DNA of 51,720 bases, taken from contig JBIKIS010000001.1 in assembly GCA_044361485.1 (NCBI GenBank), positions 1 to 51,720 of the forward strand, read 5' to 3'. The notes beneath the pieces are model-generated. The model was not told the DNA's origin. It saw only the letters and a program-made list of their open reading frames with translations, and searched no databases. The position numbers were made by a program, and so were the translations under genes. Shown here piece after piece: positions 16,876-25,821 of the stretch (position 1 is the stretch's first letter; each line of letters begins with the position of its first letter). Origin of the DNA: Sediminibacterium sp. (GTDB lineage: Bacteria; Bacteroidota; Bacteroidia; Chitinophagales; Chitinophagaceae).

Positions 16876-17925
16876 CTAATTTATTTTTACAAATTTTCCA
16901 CCTTTCATTTCATAGGTAAATGATGATGTCTTATTACATTTACCACACATTGAGCTAGTTATACCTCCAATTTGATTAAATGACTTTTTAAATTCATCAG
17001 ATCTTGGAACATTCATTTTTACAGTAACGGAACTACCGCAAGATTTGCAAGATACAATTTGAGAAAGAACCTCGTAAGATAAATCAACTTCTTTTTTAGT
17101 AGTTTTAATCGGTTGATTTGTATTTTCTCCGCTTTTTATTGAATTAGACGATTGCTTATTATTAGAACTTGATGATGAAGAATTTGATGAATTCTTGGAA
17201 TTATTGTTTGTATTTGAAACACTATTTTCTTTAATTGACGGAAAGGTAGAATTATAGCCCAATTCAAGTTGTTCCATTATATTAACAACTCTATTCGCAT
17301 ATTTGAGGTCAAATGCACATTTTTTCATGACTATCTCCTGCCATTTTCTTATATCATTGTCAAGATTAATAAATTCATCTTTAGAAACATAGCCATTATT
17401 CCTAATTTTTCGCAAGGCTGTAATATTTTTTCTTACTGCTATTTCATAAGCGTTGACGATATCGCTGCAATCACTTGACTCTGTGATATTATTAGTTGAT
17501 AAATTGAATGAATTTGATGGAACTACTTTTACAACCCCATAATTACCTACAGCTCGAACATATCCAGAGCCATATTTAACATCGTCATAACTATAGCCTT
17601 CTTGAAATAAATATTGTCTCCACGCTCTTTCGTTTCCGTTCTCCGTAGAAGTCCAATATCCATCATTAGCTACATTACCAATTTTACCCAGGTTCTTATA
17701 CAAAATATTTAATTCAATTTTAGTAGGAAGGCGCCATCCATTTCCTAAAGAAGAACAAGATTTTGTTGCATCTTCCCAATTCATTTTGTTTGGAAAATCA
17801 TGCTGAGCAACTAGTAAATTTCCAATTTTTATTGGATTACCAATAACGCTAGACTGAGCTAAAGTTTTGTTATAAGATAATAGTATCGTCAAAGCTAAAA
17901 GGCTTGCATAGAAAATTCTTTTCAT
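16876..17925 (-). CDS. Secreted DUF1566/Lcl protein with Ser/Asn linker and C-terminal CxxC...CxxC ribbon
   Basis: Signal peptide from ATG 17925; CSSLGNGWRLPTKIEL...YWTSTE...AW...YVRAV; C-terminal CKSC...CGKC. Confidence 0.85.
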   Translation of the reverse strand: MKRIFYASLLALTILLSYNKTLAQSSVIGNPIKIGNLLVAQHDFPNKMNWEDATKSCSSLGNGWRLPTKIELNILYKNLGKIGNVANDGYWTSTENGNERAWRQYLFQEGYSYDDVKYGSGYVRAVGNYGVVKVVPSNSFNLSTNNITESSDCSDIVNAYEIAVRKNITALRKIRNNGYVSKDEFINLDNDIRKWQEIVMKKCAFDLKYANRVVNIMEQLELGYNSTFPSIKENSVSNTNNNSKNSSNSSSSSSNNKQSSNSIKSGENTNQPIKTTKKEVDLSYEVLSQIVSCKSCGSSVTVKMNVPRSDEFKKSFNQIGGITSSMCGKCNKTSSFTYEMKGGKFVKIN

Positions 17926-18050
17926 ATCGTAAATTTTCATCAAGTTATGATATAAATTTAATACCAACTACCGAATTTTGCACCTTTCTTTCTACCCCCA
18001 CCATTTGTCTGATTTAAGTCGGTATTTGTCATAAAGTCTCTTAAAATCAA

Positions 18051-18077
18051 AAAAGCAGGCCATTAGTGCCTGCTTTT
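18051..18077. terminator. Bidirectional terminator-like hairpin near the island-2 right end
   Basis: AAAAGCAGGC-CATTAGT-GCCTGCTTTT. Confidence 0.65.
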
Positions 18078-18179
18078 AAAGCCTCTTTATTATTATATAG
18101 AATAACAATACAGCCAACCTACTTATATACAACCGTAAAGCTTTGGCTATCGGTATTAGTACTATATGTTTGGTAACCC

Positions 18180-18225
18180 GACTCATAATCAGGGAGTCCC
18201 AGGATGATGCCCTGGTGGGCCCACA
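18180..18225 (+). repeat. att copy 3 (distal tRNA 3' half, attR)
   Basis: 44/46 identical to 2941-2986 (GGGGG>GGGAG; ATCATGC>ATGATGC). Confidence 0.93.
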
Positions 18226-18234
18226 CAATACAGC

Positions 18235-18271
18235 AAAGGGTTTCAGCAATAATACGGCTGGGACCCTTTTT
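18235..18271. terminator. Terminator after att copy 3, also facing the phytase gene end
   Basis: AAAGGGTTTCAGC...GCTGGGACCCTTTTT. Confidence 0.65.
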
Positions 18272-18294
18272 GTTTGTGGTAAATCATTTATCAA

Positions 18295-19329
18295 CTAGAA
18301 CAAATGCTGCTTAATTTGCTCCCAACTATAGTAATGAAAAGTTTTATCATCACTCATTACAACAAAAATTCCTTGTGCAAATCCTGGTAATTTTGATGCC
18401 GATATTTCAGAACCATCTGAATTTTTTGCAGTTACTGTAAACCTACCAACCAATCGATGTTGGTGGGGATTATTATTATAGCCTTCACGACTATATACAT
18501 TAAATGCATGCGCAGATTGATCACTTACCAAAATATAACCACTGTCTTTAGCACTTTTATAAATTGAAATTCCCTCATTATCTTCCTTAAAATCATTTTG
18601 TCCAAATAGTGCTAACTCAATATTACTACTGTCAGGATGTGCATAATACTTTCGAATACCATATTGCTCATCAGAATAATATACATACCCTAATTCATGA
18701 TCAACTGCAATAGATTCAATTTCCTTTTTACCAGAAAATTTTCCAAATTTTCTAACTAGTTTGGCTTTTACGAGTCCACTACTATCATATAATAAGTACT
18801 GGTATAAATAGCCATTATTTGGGCCTGTTTTTCTTCCTACGATGGCGTATACTTTTTTATTTTCTGGATTGGTATACAAAGCAATACCCATTGGTAAGTT
18901 TAAAGTGTCATCTTTAAATACTTCTATCCCGCCGCCATCAATGTTTTGCATTTGTGGAATTGAATAAATTCGAATAGAATGCCTATCTCTTTCGGTTGCC
19001 ACTGCAATTGCAATGTCTTTGCCTAAATAGCTAAAATGATTTGCAATGTCAATATTATTAACACGCTTCATATTAAATTTAGATCGCACCGAATCTATTT
19101 TTCCATGGATATCAAAAACATAGATACCTCCATTCTCACTGTCTTTATCAGTGCCAAGAATGATAGTACTATCAGGAAATTGTTCGTGCACCCATATTGC
19201 AGGATCATCACTATCTCCAAAAACAGCTTTTGTAATTACAATAGGTTGCAAAGGTTTATCTGTGGTGGTGGTACAGCTCACTAAACACAGATAAAGAAAT
19301 ACGATATATTTAAGGTTAGGATTATACAT
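18295..19329 (-). CDS. Beta-propeller 3-phytase, lipoprotein
   Basis: DSDDPAIWVH, ILGTDK, NNIDI, EIESIAVD, YYSDEQYGI, DNEGISIY, LVSDQ, SDG motifs; LVSC lipobox. Confidence 0.93.
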   Translation of the reverse strand: MYNPNLKYIVFLYLCLVSCTTTTDKPLQPIVITKAVFGDSDDPAIWVHEQFPDSTIILGTDKDSENGGIYVFDIHGKIDSVRSKFNMKRVNNIDIANHFSYLGKDIAIAVATERDRHSIRIYSIPQMQNIDGGGIEVFKDDTLNLPMGIALYTNPENKKVYAIVGRKTGPNNGYLYQYLLYDSSGLVKAKLVRKFGKFSGKKEIESIAVDHELGYVYYSDEQYGIRKYYAHPDSSNIELALFGQNDFKEDNEGISIYKSAKDSGYILVSDQSAHAFNVYSREGYNNNPHQHRLVGRFTVTAKNSDGSEISASKLPGFAQGIFVVMSDDKTFHYYSWEQIKQHLF

Positions 19330-19333
19330 AAAT

Positions 19334-19369
19334 AAAAAATGGTAGGCATAAAATTATGCCTACCATTTT
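19334..19369 (-). terminator. Hairpin between TonB receptor and phytase
   Basis: AAAATGGTAGGCATAA / TTATGCCTACCATTTT perfect 16-bp stem, T tract on the minus strand. Confidence 0.75.
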
Positions 19370-19384
19370 ACTTTAAAAATTAAT

Positions 19385-22231
19385 TTATTTAACTAAGTCA
19401 AATTTAATACCCATATTAAAACGGGCACCATAAAACTCAGTTTGTGCTGTGCGCTCTTTAATACCTTGATAATATCTTAAGCCTTGATTGGTGATATTAT
19501 TAATTTCAGAGAAAATTCTCAACTTTCTAGTAAAGGCGTAAGATCCGTTAAAGTCTAAGAAAAATTGCTTATCGTAATACCTATCAAAAAATGGATCAGC
19601 ATTATAACCTGCATCGTCACTATCATCTACATAAGAAGAGGTGAAATTAGCAGAAAGTCGTAACACTAATTTCTTATTTTCATAAGATAATGATCCGTTA
19701 AACATATGTGGTGCCGTACCAGGTAAAGTAACATTTTCTCTGATCAAATCGCCAGATCCATCAAAAATACCTTTTGCCTTTGATGTTGTATAAGTATAGT
19801 TTGTATAGATACCAAATCCTTTCCAAAATCCAGGTAAAAAATCCAATTGACGCTGAAATGCAATTTCGTAACCAAATACATTCACAGAACTTCCATTTCT
19901 TCTTTGTAAAAACTGCCAATTGTCAGTTGCCAAAATTGGATTATTTGCAATTGTAGGGAAATCAGTTGCAAATTCTTGTCTATTGTACGTTTCGTCTCTA
20001 TAAGTGTAGAAGAAATTATTTAAGTGTTTGTAAAAAATACCACCAGATACGATACCAATTGACTTAAAGTATTTTTCAAACATGATGTCTACATTATTAG
20101 ATCTAATTGGCTTTAAACTTGGATTACCAGCACTTAATTCTTGATCACTTGTTAACACATTAAAATAGGGAACTAAATCAAAATACTTTGGACGAGCAAT
20201 ACCAGTGGTGTATGCCAATCTCCAAATGAGATTATCACTTGCTTGGTATCTAAAATTTAAACTTGGTAGTACATCAAGGTAGTTATTCTTGTTGGTAGCC
20301 TTTCCTCTTAAACTTGTTTCATTTTCAACAATATTTCCAGTATAGTTTAAAGACGTATTTTCTAATCTGATACCAGCAACCATAGATAATTTATCGGTAA
20401 ACTCCTGATTTAACTGTAAATAACCAGCTTGAATCGTTTCTTTTGCAGAAAAATTACCAGCAAGATATTCTGCAGGCGCATCTGTTTCTCTAAAGCTAGC
20501 TGCATCTTTAAAATTAATAGATCCTAAATATCCGGCATCCACAAAATTACCAGCCTTGTATTTTGAACCTGCGTAAAAACCAGGTTCAGAATGATTGGTT
20601 AATTTTAGCAAACTGATATTGGCAAAATTTGCTGCCATCGCACCAATTGGTGCATATTGGAAAAAGCTATTGGCACGTACTTTTGTTTTAGTACGTAATC
20701 TGTAACCATATTTCAAAATACTTTTTCCATTATCTGATAATGGCATGCTAAAACCTAGTTTAGCATTTAAATCCTCTTCATACTGGTCTTGAAATTCTTC
20801 GGTAAGTTCATTCAATCTTGTATATAAACTTAAATCAGTAGTACTTGTTAACAATGGAAAATATGGATCTTTAATGTCTTGAGATACTTGAATAGATCTT
20901 CTTCCCATTGAAACATATCTTTCATTGGGTCTTTTTTCTGAAGCTCTTGCATATTGCACACTCCAGTCCATCTTTACCTTTCCTAATAAATGATCACCTT
21001 TAACTTGTAATGATCTTACACGCTGATCCTCTAATCTTCTTGACTCACTTCTGTCATTATTTATACCACCCTTTGTTTGTCGTAAAACTTCACCATTGTT
21101 ATAACCAGTTATATTTCCAGCTGCATCATATAATAGATTGGTTTCACCACCTCTAAAACGATGTCTTAGCCTGTATCTATTTTCTAAATCATCACGCCAA
21201 TTGTATGATCCAACAACACTGATAGTGCTAGAAGGTGCCAATTTAAAATCAAAAGATGCAGATAATGAACGTCTAACGCGCTTAACATCATATTTCCTGA
21301 CATCGTGATCAGATACAAATACTTTACCAGCAGCATTTTTAGACCAAACAGCCTCTACGTTGTCAGAACCAAAGTCATTTGAATTAATAGAACCATTAAT
21401 CAAATATCCAACTTTTTGATTTTTACTTCTGTTTCCGATGATAAAATTACCAGTTCCAATAAATCCATCACGAATAGGATTATAACCCCCTGCTAGTGTA
21501 CCTGATAAACGAAGACCATTTGAAGGAGCCCTACTCACTAAATTAACGGATCCACCAATAGCATCGGCATCCATTTCAGGAGTCAATGTTTTATTCACTT
21601 CAATAGTTTGAATCATATCGGAAGGAATCAAATCAAGCTGAATTCTTCTATTATCACCCTCTGCCGAAGGAACCCTCTCACCATTAAAGGTAACTGAGTT
21701 CAATTCTGGTCCCATACCTCTAATGATGATGTTTCTTGCTTCTCCCTGATCGTTTTGCATGGTGATACCGGGAATACGTTTTAATGCATCGCCAATATTA
21801 GCATCAGGGAAACGACCAATCTGATCAGAAGAAACGATATTGGTAATATTTAAATTATTTTTTTGTTGACTCAGTGCTTTTGCTTGTCCTTTTAAGCGGT
21901 CACCCAGTACTAATACATCTTTCATGATAGTAACGCCTTCGGTCAATTGCTCAGTCAATTCATTTACACCGGCTTTAATATTGACTTTTAATTCTTTAGG
22001 TTGGTAGCCTACATATGAGATTTGTAAAGTATAATTTCCAGGTTTAATTTGCTGAAAACTAGCTACTCCAAGCTGGTTGGTAACCTTGAAATAATTTCCA
22101 GGAACCAATTTAACAGTTGCGCCTGGCATGTTTAATTTTTCGTTATCAATTACTTTTAAATTGATAATTGATTGAGCACTACAAATTTGCAGCGTAAAAA
22201 AAACAAGGATTGTAGAGAAAATCTTTGACAT
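19385..22231 (-). CDS. TonB-dependent receptor (phytase-associated type)
   Basis: Carboxypeptidase-like N domain, plug (RFPDANIGDALKRIPGI, DADAIGGSVNL), barrel ending GIKFDL; co-oriented with the phytase. Confidence 0.93.
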   Translation of the reverse strand: MSKIFSTILVFFTLQICSAQSIINLKVIDNEKLNMPGATVKLVPGNYFKVTNQLGVASFQQIKPGNYTLQISYVGYQPKELKVNIKAGVNELTEQLTEGVTIMKDVLVLGDRLKGQAKALSQQKNNLNITNIVSSDQIGRFPDANIGDALKRIPGITMQNDQGEARNIIIRGMGPELNSVTFNGERVPSAEGDNRRIQLDLIPSDMIQTIEVNKTLTPEMDADAIGGSVNLVSRAPSNGLRLSGTLAGGYNPIRDGFIGTGNFIIGNRSKNQKVGYLINGSINSNDFGSDNVEAVWSKNAAGKVFVSDHDVRKYDVKRVRRSLSASFDFKLAPSSTISVVGSYNWRDDLENRYRLRHRFRGGETNLLYDAAGNITGYNNGEVLRQTKGGINNDRSESRRLEDQRVRSLQVKGDHLLGKVKMDWSVQYARASEKRPNERYVSMGRRSIQVSQDIKDPYFPLLTSTTDLSLYTRLNELTEEFQDQYEEDLNAKLGFSMPLSDNGKSILKYGYRLRTKTKVRANSFFQYAPIGAMAANFANISLLKLTNHSEPGFYAGSKYKAGNFVDAGYLGSINFKDAASFRETDAPAEYLAGNFSAKETIQAGYLQLNQEFTDKLSMVAGIRLENTSLNYTGNIVENETSLRGKATNKNNYLDVLPSLNFRYQASDNLIWRLAYTTGIARPKYFDLVPYFNVLTSDQELSAGNPSLKPIRSNNVDIMFEKYFKSIGIVSGGIFYKHLNNFFYTYRDETYNRQEFATDFPTIANNPILATDNWQFLQRRNGSSVNVFGYEIAFQRQLDFLPGFWKGFGIYTNYTYTTSKAKGIFDGSGDLIRENVTLPGTAPHMFNGSLSYENKKLVLRLSANFTSSYVDDSDDAGYNADPFFDRYYDKQFFLDFNGSYAFTRKLRIFSEINNITNQGLRYYQGIKERTAQTEFYGARFNMGIKFDLVK

Positions 22232-22264
22232 GATGTTAATTTAAGATATAAAATTACTCATGCT

Positions 22265-22304
22265 CTATTAACAAAATGTTAGATAATTATTACTATAATA
22301 TTAA
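22265..22304 (-). promoter_or_regulatory. Pho-box-like direct repeats (11-bp period)
   Basis: Minus strand TTAATAT / GTAATAA / CTAACAT / TTAATAG at exact 11-nt spacing upstream of the TonB-phytase operon. Confidence 0.5.
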
Positions 22305-22314
22305 CTAAGATATA

Positions 22315-22623
22315 CTAACCAAGTCTAAACCACCCTTCAAACAATTTGTCACTGCTTAATTCAAAATCTTTTTGATCGATAACTTCGTTATTTATTTTTT
22401 TAATTAAAGTGACTTTTCTTCCCTTTTGTAAAAATGTATTATTGACAAAGACCCTAAATATAATTTCCTTATGTTGTCTTAAATAAATTTCTTTTGACCA
22501 ACTATTTCCCACAAACTCTTTAATCCAGCGTCTTCCATCATCATCTGTGAATTGAACCTGTCCAAAGGTTTCAAAATTTATTTCTACCATTAATTCTACT
22601 TTAATTAATGGTAAAGTATCCAT
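22315..22623 (-). CDS. Hypothetical protein
   Basis: ORF with ATG at 22623 (frame open to 22683); no motif recognised. Confidence 0.55.
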   Translation of the reverse strand: MDTLPLIKVELMVEINFETFGQVQFTDDDGRRWIKEFVGNSWSKEIYLRQHKEIIFRVFVNNTFLQKGRKVTLIKKINNEVIDQKDFELSSDKLFEGWFRLG

Positions 22624-22818
22624 TATCCTATTATTCGGAAACAGCTTGAAAAAATCTTTTAATGAAATAATTCGTGCTGCCAATTTGGTATTGTTAAATT
22701 GGTTGGCAAATTAGTGTCAGCATATTACCAAGTTGTTAAATTATTATTATCATTTAAAAGAGTAAAACTTACACTACATAATAATACCTTTGAGCCTAGG
22801 CATAAATAAGCCAAAATA

Positions 22819-23247
22819 ATGGTGTACAAGATTCTTACTGTAATTGGTTTAGCTACTTTTGAAATTTATGCTGCAATTCCTGCCGGGTTTGCCTTTAAGC
22901 TACATCCACTAGAAATATTCTCCTACAGTTTACTAGGAGGCTTAATCGGTGTTTTTGTAGCAGCATACCTAGGAGACATCATTAAAAAATGGATAAGCAA
23001 GTTTAGAAAACCAAAATCTACAAAAGCAACAAAAGAGCCAGGATTTGTCTTAAAAATTTGGGAGAAATATGGCGTTATTGGTTTAGGCTTATTAGGAACA
23101 ATGAGTGTTGGAGCTCCTATAAGTATTGGTATTGGGGTAGGCTTTAATGTACCCACCAATAAAATGGTATTTTGGTGCAGTTTAGGGGTGTTGTTACGCT
23201 GTGCCATTTTTACGGCTATTGGTTATTATAGTCTACAACTAATTTAA
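22819..23247 (+). CDS. Small multi-drug export family-like membrane protein
   Basis: EIYAAIPAG, KYGVIGLGLLG motifs; several TM helices; TACCTTTG -7 element at 22785. Confidence 0.7.
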   Translation: MVYKILTVIGLATFEIYAAIPAGFAFKLHPLEIFSYSLLGGLIGVFVAAYLGDIIKKWISKFRKPKSTKATKEPGFVLKIWEKYGVIGLGLLGTMSVGAPISIGIGVGFNVPTNKMVFWCSLGVLLRCAIFTAIGYYSLQLI

Positions 23248-23299
23248 TGGTTATCATTTAGCATACGCTAACCTAATTGTTGCAATCTTTTATATGCTA

Positions 23300-24199
23300 C
23301 TAGAATAAATTAGCCGCCAGTCTAAATGTATTGCAATGTGCCTGTAAAATATCATTGATGTCTGGCGAATAACCTCCGCCCATAGCAATTGCAATAGGAA
23401 TTTTATTATCATAAGCCATGTCTAAAACCAGTTCATCTCTTCGCTTACATTCATCTATACTAATATTAAATTTTCCAAACTTATCGGTCGATAAAATATC
23501 TACACCTGATAAATAAAAAATAAAATTAGGCTGTACAGTTTCTAATAACATGGGTAGTGTCTTTTCTAAAATTTCTAGATATTCTTGACCACTAATGCCA
23601 TCAGGTAGCGGAATATCTAAATCCGACTGCTCTTTATGAAATGGATAATTATTTTTTCCATGCATACTAAAAGTAAAAACCCTAGGCTCATGTTCCATTA
23701 ATTTGGCCGTACCATTACCCTGATGCACATCTAGGTCTATCACTAATATTTTTGCAACTAAATTTTTGTGAAGAAGATAATCGGATGCAACTGCCATATC
23801 ATTTAAAAGGCAAAATCCTTCTCCCCTTTCGGCAAATGCATGATGTGTTCCCCCAGCTATATTTAATGCACATCCATGTTCTAAAGCAAATAAGGCACAA
23901 TCAATGGTTCCTCTGGTAATAATTAATTCACGTTCAATCAATGCTGGTGATTGAGGAAAACCAATTTTTCTTTGTTCCGAAGGACTTAGCTGCTGATTAA
24001 TCAATTTGTTGTAATAATCTAAATCGTGGGTGCGCAAAACATCAATTGCATCACAGATATTTGGTGTAAACAAATTTTCTTGGGTAATCGTACCCTCATG
24101 CAATAGTTGTTCTGGGATAAGCTCATACTTTAACATCGGAAAACGATGTCCATCAGGAAGCTTGTGATAATAGATGGGGCTAAAAGCGATTTTAACCAT
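23300..24199 (-). CDS. Histone deacetylase family protein
   Basis: HRFPM.KY, GGTHHA, GFC, DLDVHQGNGT, SMHG, GGGY motifs. Confidence 0.95.
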   Translation of the reverse strand: MVKIAFSPIYYHKLPDGHRFPMLKYELIPEQLLHEGTITQENLFTPNICDAIDVLRTHDLDYYNKLINQQLSPSEQRKIGFPQSPALIERELIITRGTIDCALFALEHGCALNIAGGTHHAFAERGEGFCLLNDMAVASDYLLHKNLVAKILVIDLDVHQGNGTAKLMEHEPRVFTFSMHGKNNYPFHKEQSDLDIPLPDGISGQEYLEILEKTLPMLLETVQPNFIFYLSGVDILSTDKFGKFNISIDECKRRDELVLDMAYDNKIPIAIAMGGGYSPDINDILQAHCNTFRLAANLF

Positions 24200-24291
24200 A
24201 AAAGACACTGCAATATTCAGGACTAAAATTATAATTATTTAACCCGATTAAATCATATAATATCTTATTTTCAACCATAATATCAAAAATT

Positions 24292-25053
24292 ATGGAAGTA
24301 CATCACCCGCACCATCCTACCCATAAGAAAAAATGGTCCGAATATATTACGGAGTTCATCATGTTATTTGCAGCCGTAACACTAGGTTTTTTTGCCGAAA
24401 ACATAAGGGAGCATCAGGTTATTGATAATCATAAAAATCAGAATTTGATTACCATGATTGATGATTTAAAACAAGATTCCGTCGAAATTCAAAATAGAAT
24501 TGATGAATACAGCAATGCTTTGGTTCAGTTTGAAAAAATGAAAGATCTTTCTTTTGCATTTAGTCATCAAGAAATCAGTGAAAATCAATTAGTAGATTCA
24601 GTAGTTAGAATTTATGTGAATACTAGATTTGGTATTGCTCTTTTTATTAATAATGCGTCATATAAAAATACTATTTCTTCAGGCAGTTTAAGTTTTATTA
24701 AAAATAATGAAACCAAAAAACTCATTGCACAGTATTACGAAGCTTTATACGGTAAAATTGTAGTAAACAATACCCTATTAGACAATGATAACCACGAGTT
24801 TGGAAGCAAAACTTTTGGATTTGGATTTGTTATTACTACAAATGAAAAACTTCCATTTCAATCTAGATCAAACGCCGTTCAGTTAGAAGACTTTAAAACG
24901 ATTCCCGTGTTAAGAAAAAGGATTATTGACCCAGAATTTAGGTTATTGGTAAATAGAATTGAGAGTAGATGCGGCTATTACCTATATGTAATGCAAACAG
25001 CAAAAGATTTAAACACAAAACTACTCTCTCAATTAAATAAAAAAGAATTTTAA
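24292..25053 (+). CDS. Uncharacterised His-rich N-terminus single-TM protein (paralog 1)
   Basis: MEVHHPHHPTHKKKWSEYITEFIMLFAAVTLGFFAENIREH. Confidence 0.8.
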   Translation: MEVHHPHHPTHKKKWSEYITEFIMLFAAVTLGFFAENIREHQVIDNHKNQNLITMIDDLKQDSVEIQNRIDEYSNALVQFEKMKDLSFAFSHQEISENQLVDSVVRIYVNTRFGIALFINNASYKNTISSGSLSFIKNNETKKLIAQYYEALYGKIVVNNTLLDNDNHEFGSKTFGFGFVITTNEKLPFQSRSNAVQLEDFKTIPVLRKRIIDPEFRLLVNRIESRCGYYLYVMQTAKDLNTKLLSQLNKKEF

Positions 25054-25064
25054 AAAAAACAATA

Positions 25065-25820
25065 ATGGAAGTACATCACCACTCGCATCATCCAAAAAAA
25101 TGGAAAGAATATGTTACAGAGTTTATCATGCTTTTTGCAGCGGTAACGCTTGGCTTTTTTGCAGAAAATCAACGTGAGCATTTAATTGAAGGGAATCGTG
25201 AAAAACAATACATGCAAAGCCTTTACGAAGACCTTAGAAAAGATACTACCATATTAAATAGTTTGGTAAAATACGACACCATTCAAACGGGAAAATTAGA
25301 CACTTCTACGATATTGTTAAACAATAATGTTTGGGATGCTAATACAATAAAAATTTTATACCGTTTAAATTTAAAAACAGCAGGTGGCTTAAGATGGAAT
25401 TTAAGCGAGCGAACTTCTGCTCAATTAAAAAATGCAGGTGGCATGCGACTTGTAGAAAATCAAGAGCTTAGCAACAAAATTTCTGACTACTGGGTAAAAT
25501 CAGACAATCTAAAAGAGTATAGCAATTTTGTTGACGAATTAAAATTTAAAGCAAGAGAAAAATCCTATTCCATTTTTGATCAAAAATATTATATCAACGT
25601 AACAACTGGCACGGTGGCAGACAATGCAAAACTATTAACCACCGACCCGCTCATTTTAACTGAATTTGCAAATAGATTAAACCATATTAATAATTCATTA
25701 AAGGTTGTATTATTACCCAGCGTAGACAGGCACTACAAAAGAGCCATAGAACTTCTAGAATTATTAAAAAAAGAATACAAAATCGACGAAAATACAGACG
25801 TCAATGTTGCTATCTTTTAA
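25065..25820 (+). CDS. Uncharacterised His-rich N-terminus single-TM protein (paralog 2)
   Basis: MEVHHHSHHPKKWKEYVTEFIMLFAAVTLGFFAENQREH. Confidence 0.8.
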   Translation: MEVHHHSHHPKKWKEYVTEFIMLFAAVTLGFFAENQREHLIEGNREKQYMQSLYEDLRKDTTILNSLVKYDTIQTGKLDTSTILLNNNVWDANTIKILYRLNLKTAGGLRWNLSERTSAQLKNAGGMRLVENQELSNKISDYWVKSDNLKEYSNFVDELKFKAREKSYSIFDQKYYINVTTGTVADNAKLLTTDPLILTEFANRLNHINNSLKVVLLPSVDRHYKRAIELLELLKKEYKIDENTDVNVAIF

Positions 25821-25821
25821 A

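Larger units (their letters stand above)
10351..18225. mobile_element. Genomic island 2 (older, decayed) in tandem at the same tRNA
   Basis: Bounded by att copies 2 and 3; contains pseudogene fragments, a MITE-like element and accessory secreted proteins; no integrase. Confidence 0.85.

Noticed and set aside
8560-18225. Complete active DGR
   Set aside because: No reverse transcriptase or Avd ORF and no AAC-rich template repeat pairing with any variable segment in the window; the domain copies differ at all base types.
2943-18225. CRISPR array, or extra tRNA genes at 10307 and 18180
   Set aside because: The repeats are kilobases apart and match the tRNA 3' half only; copies 2 and 3 lack the acceptor 5' strand and D arm.
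2987-18225. Prophage or integron
   Set aside because: No structural, terminase or replication genes, no IntI, and no attC-like repeats between genes that I could see.
18076-18294. 72-aa minus-strand ORF
   Set aside because: It is the antisense reading of att copy 3 and its terminator, a typical spurious ORF over tRNA fragments.
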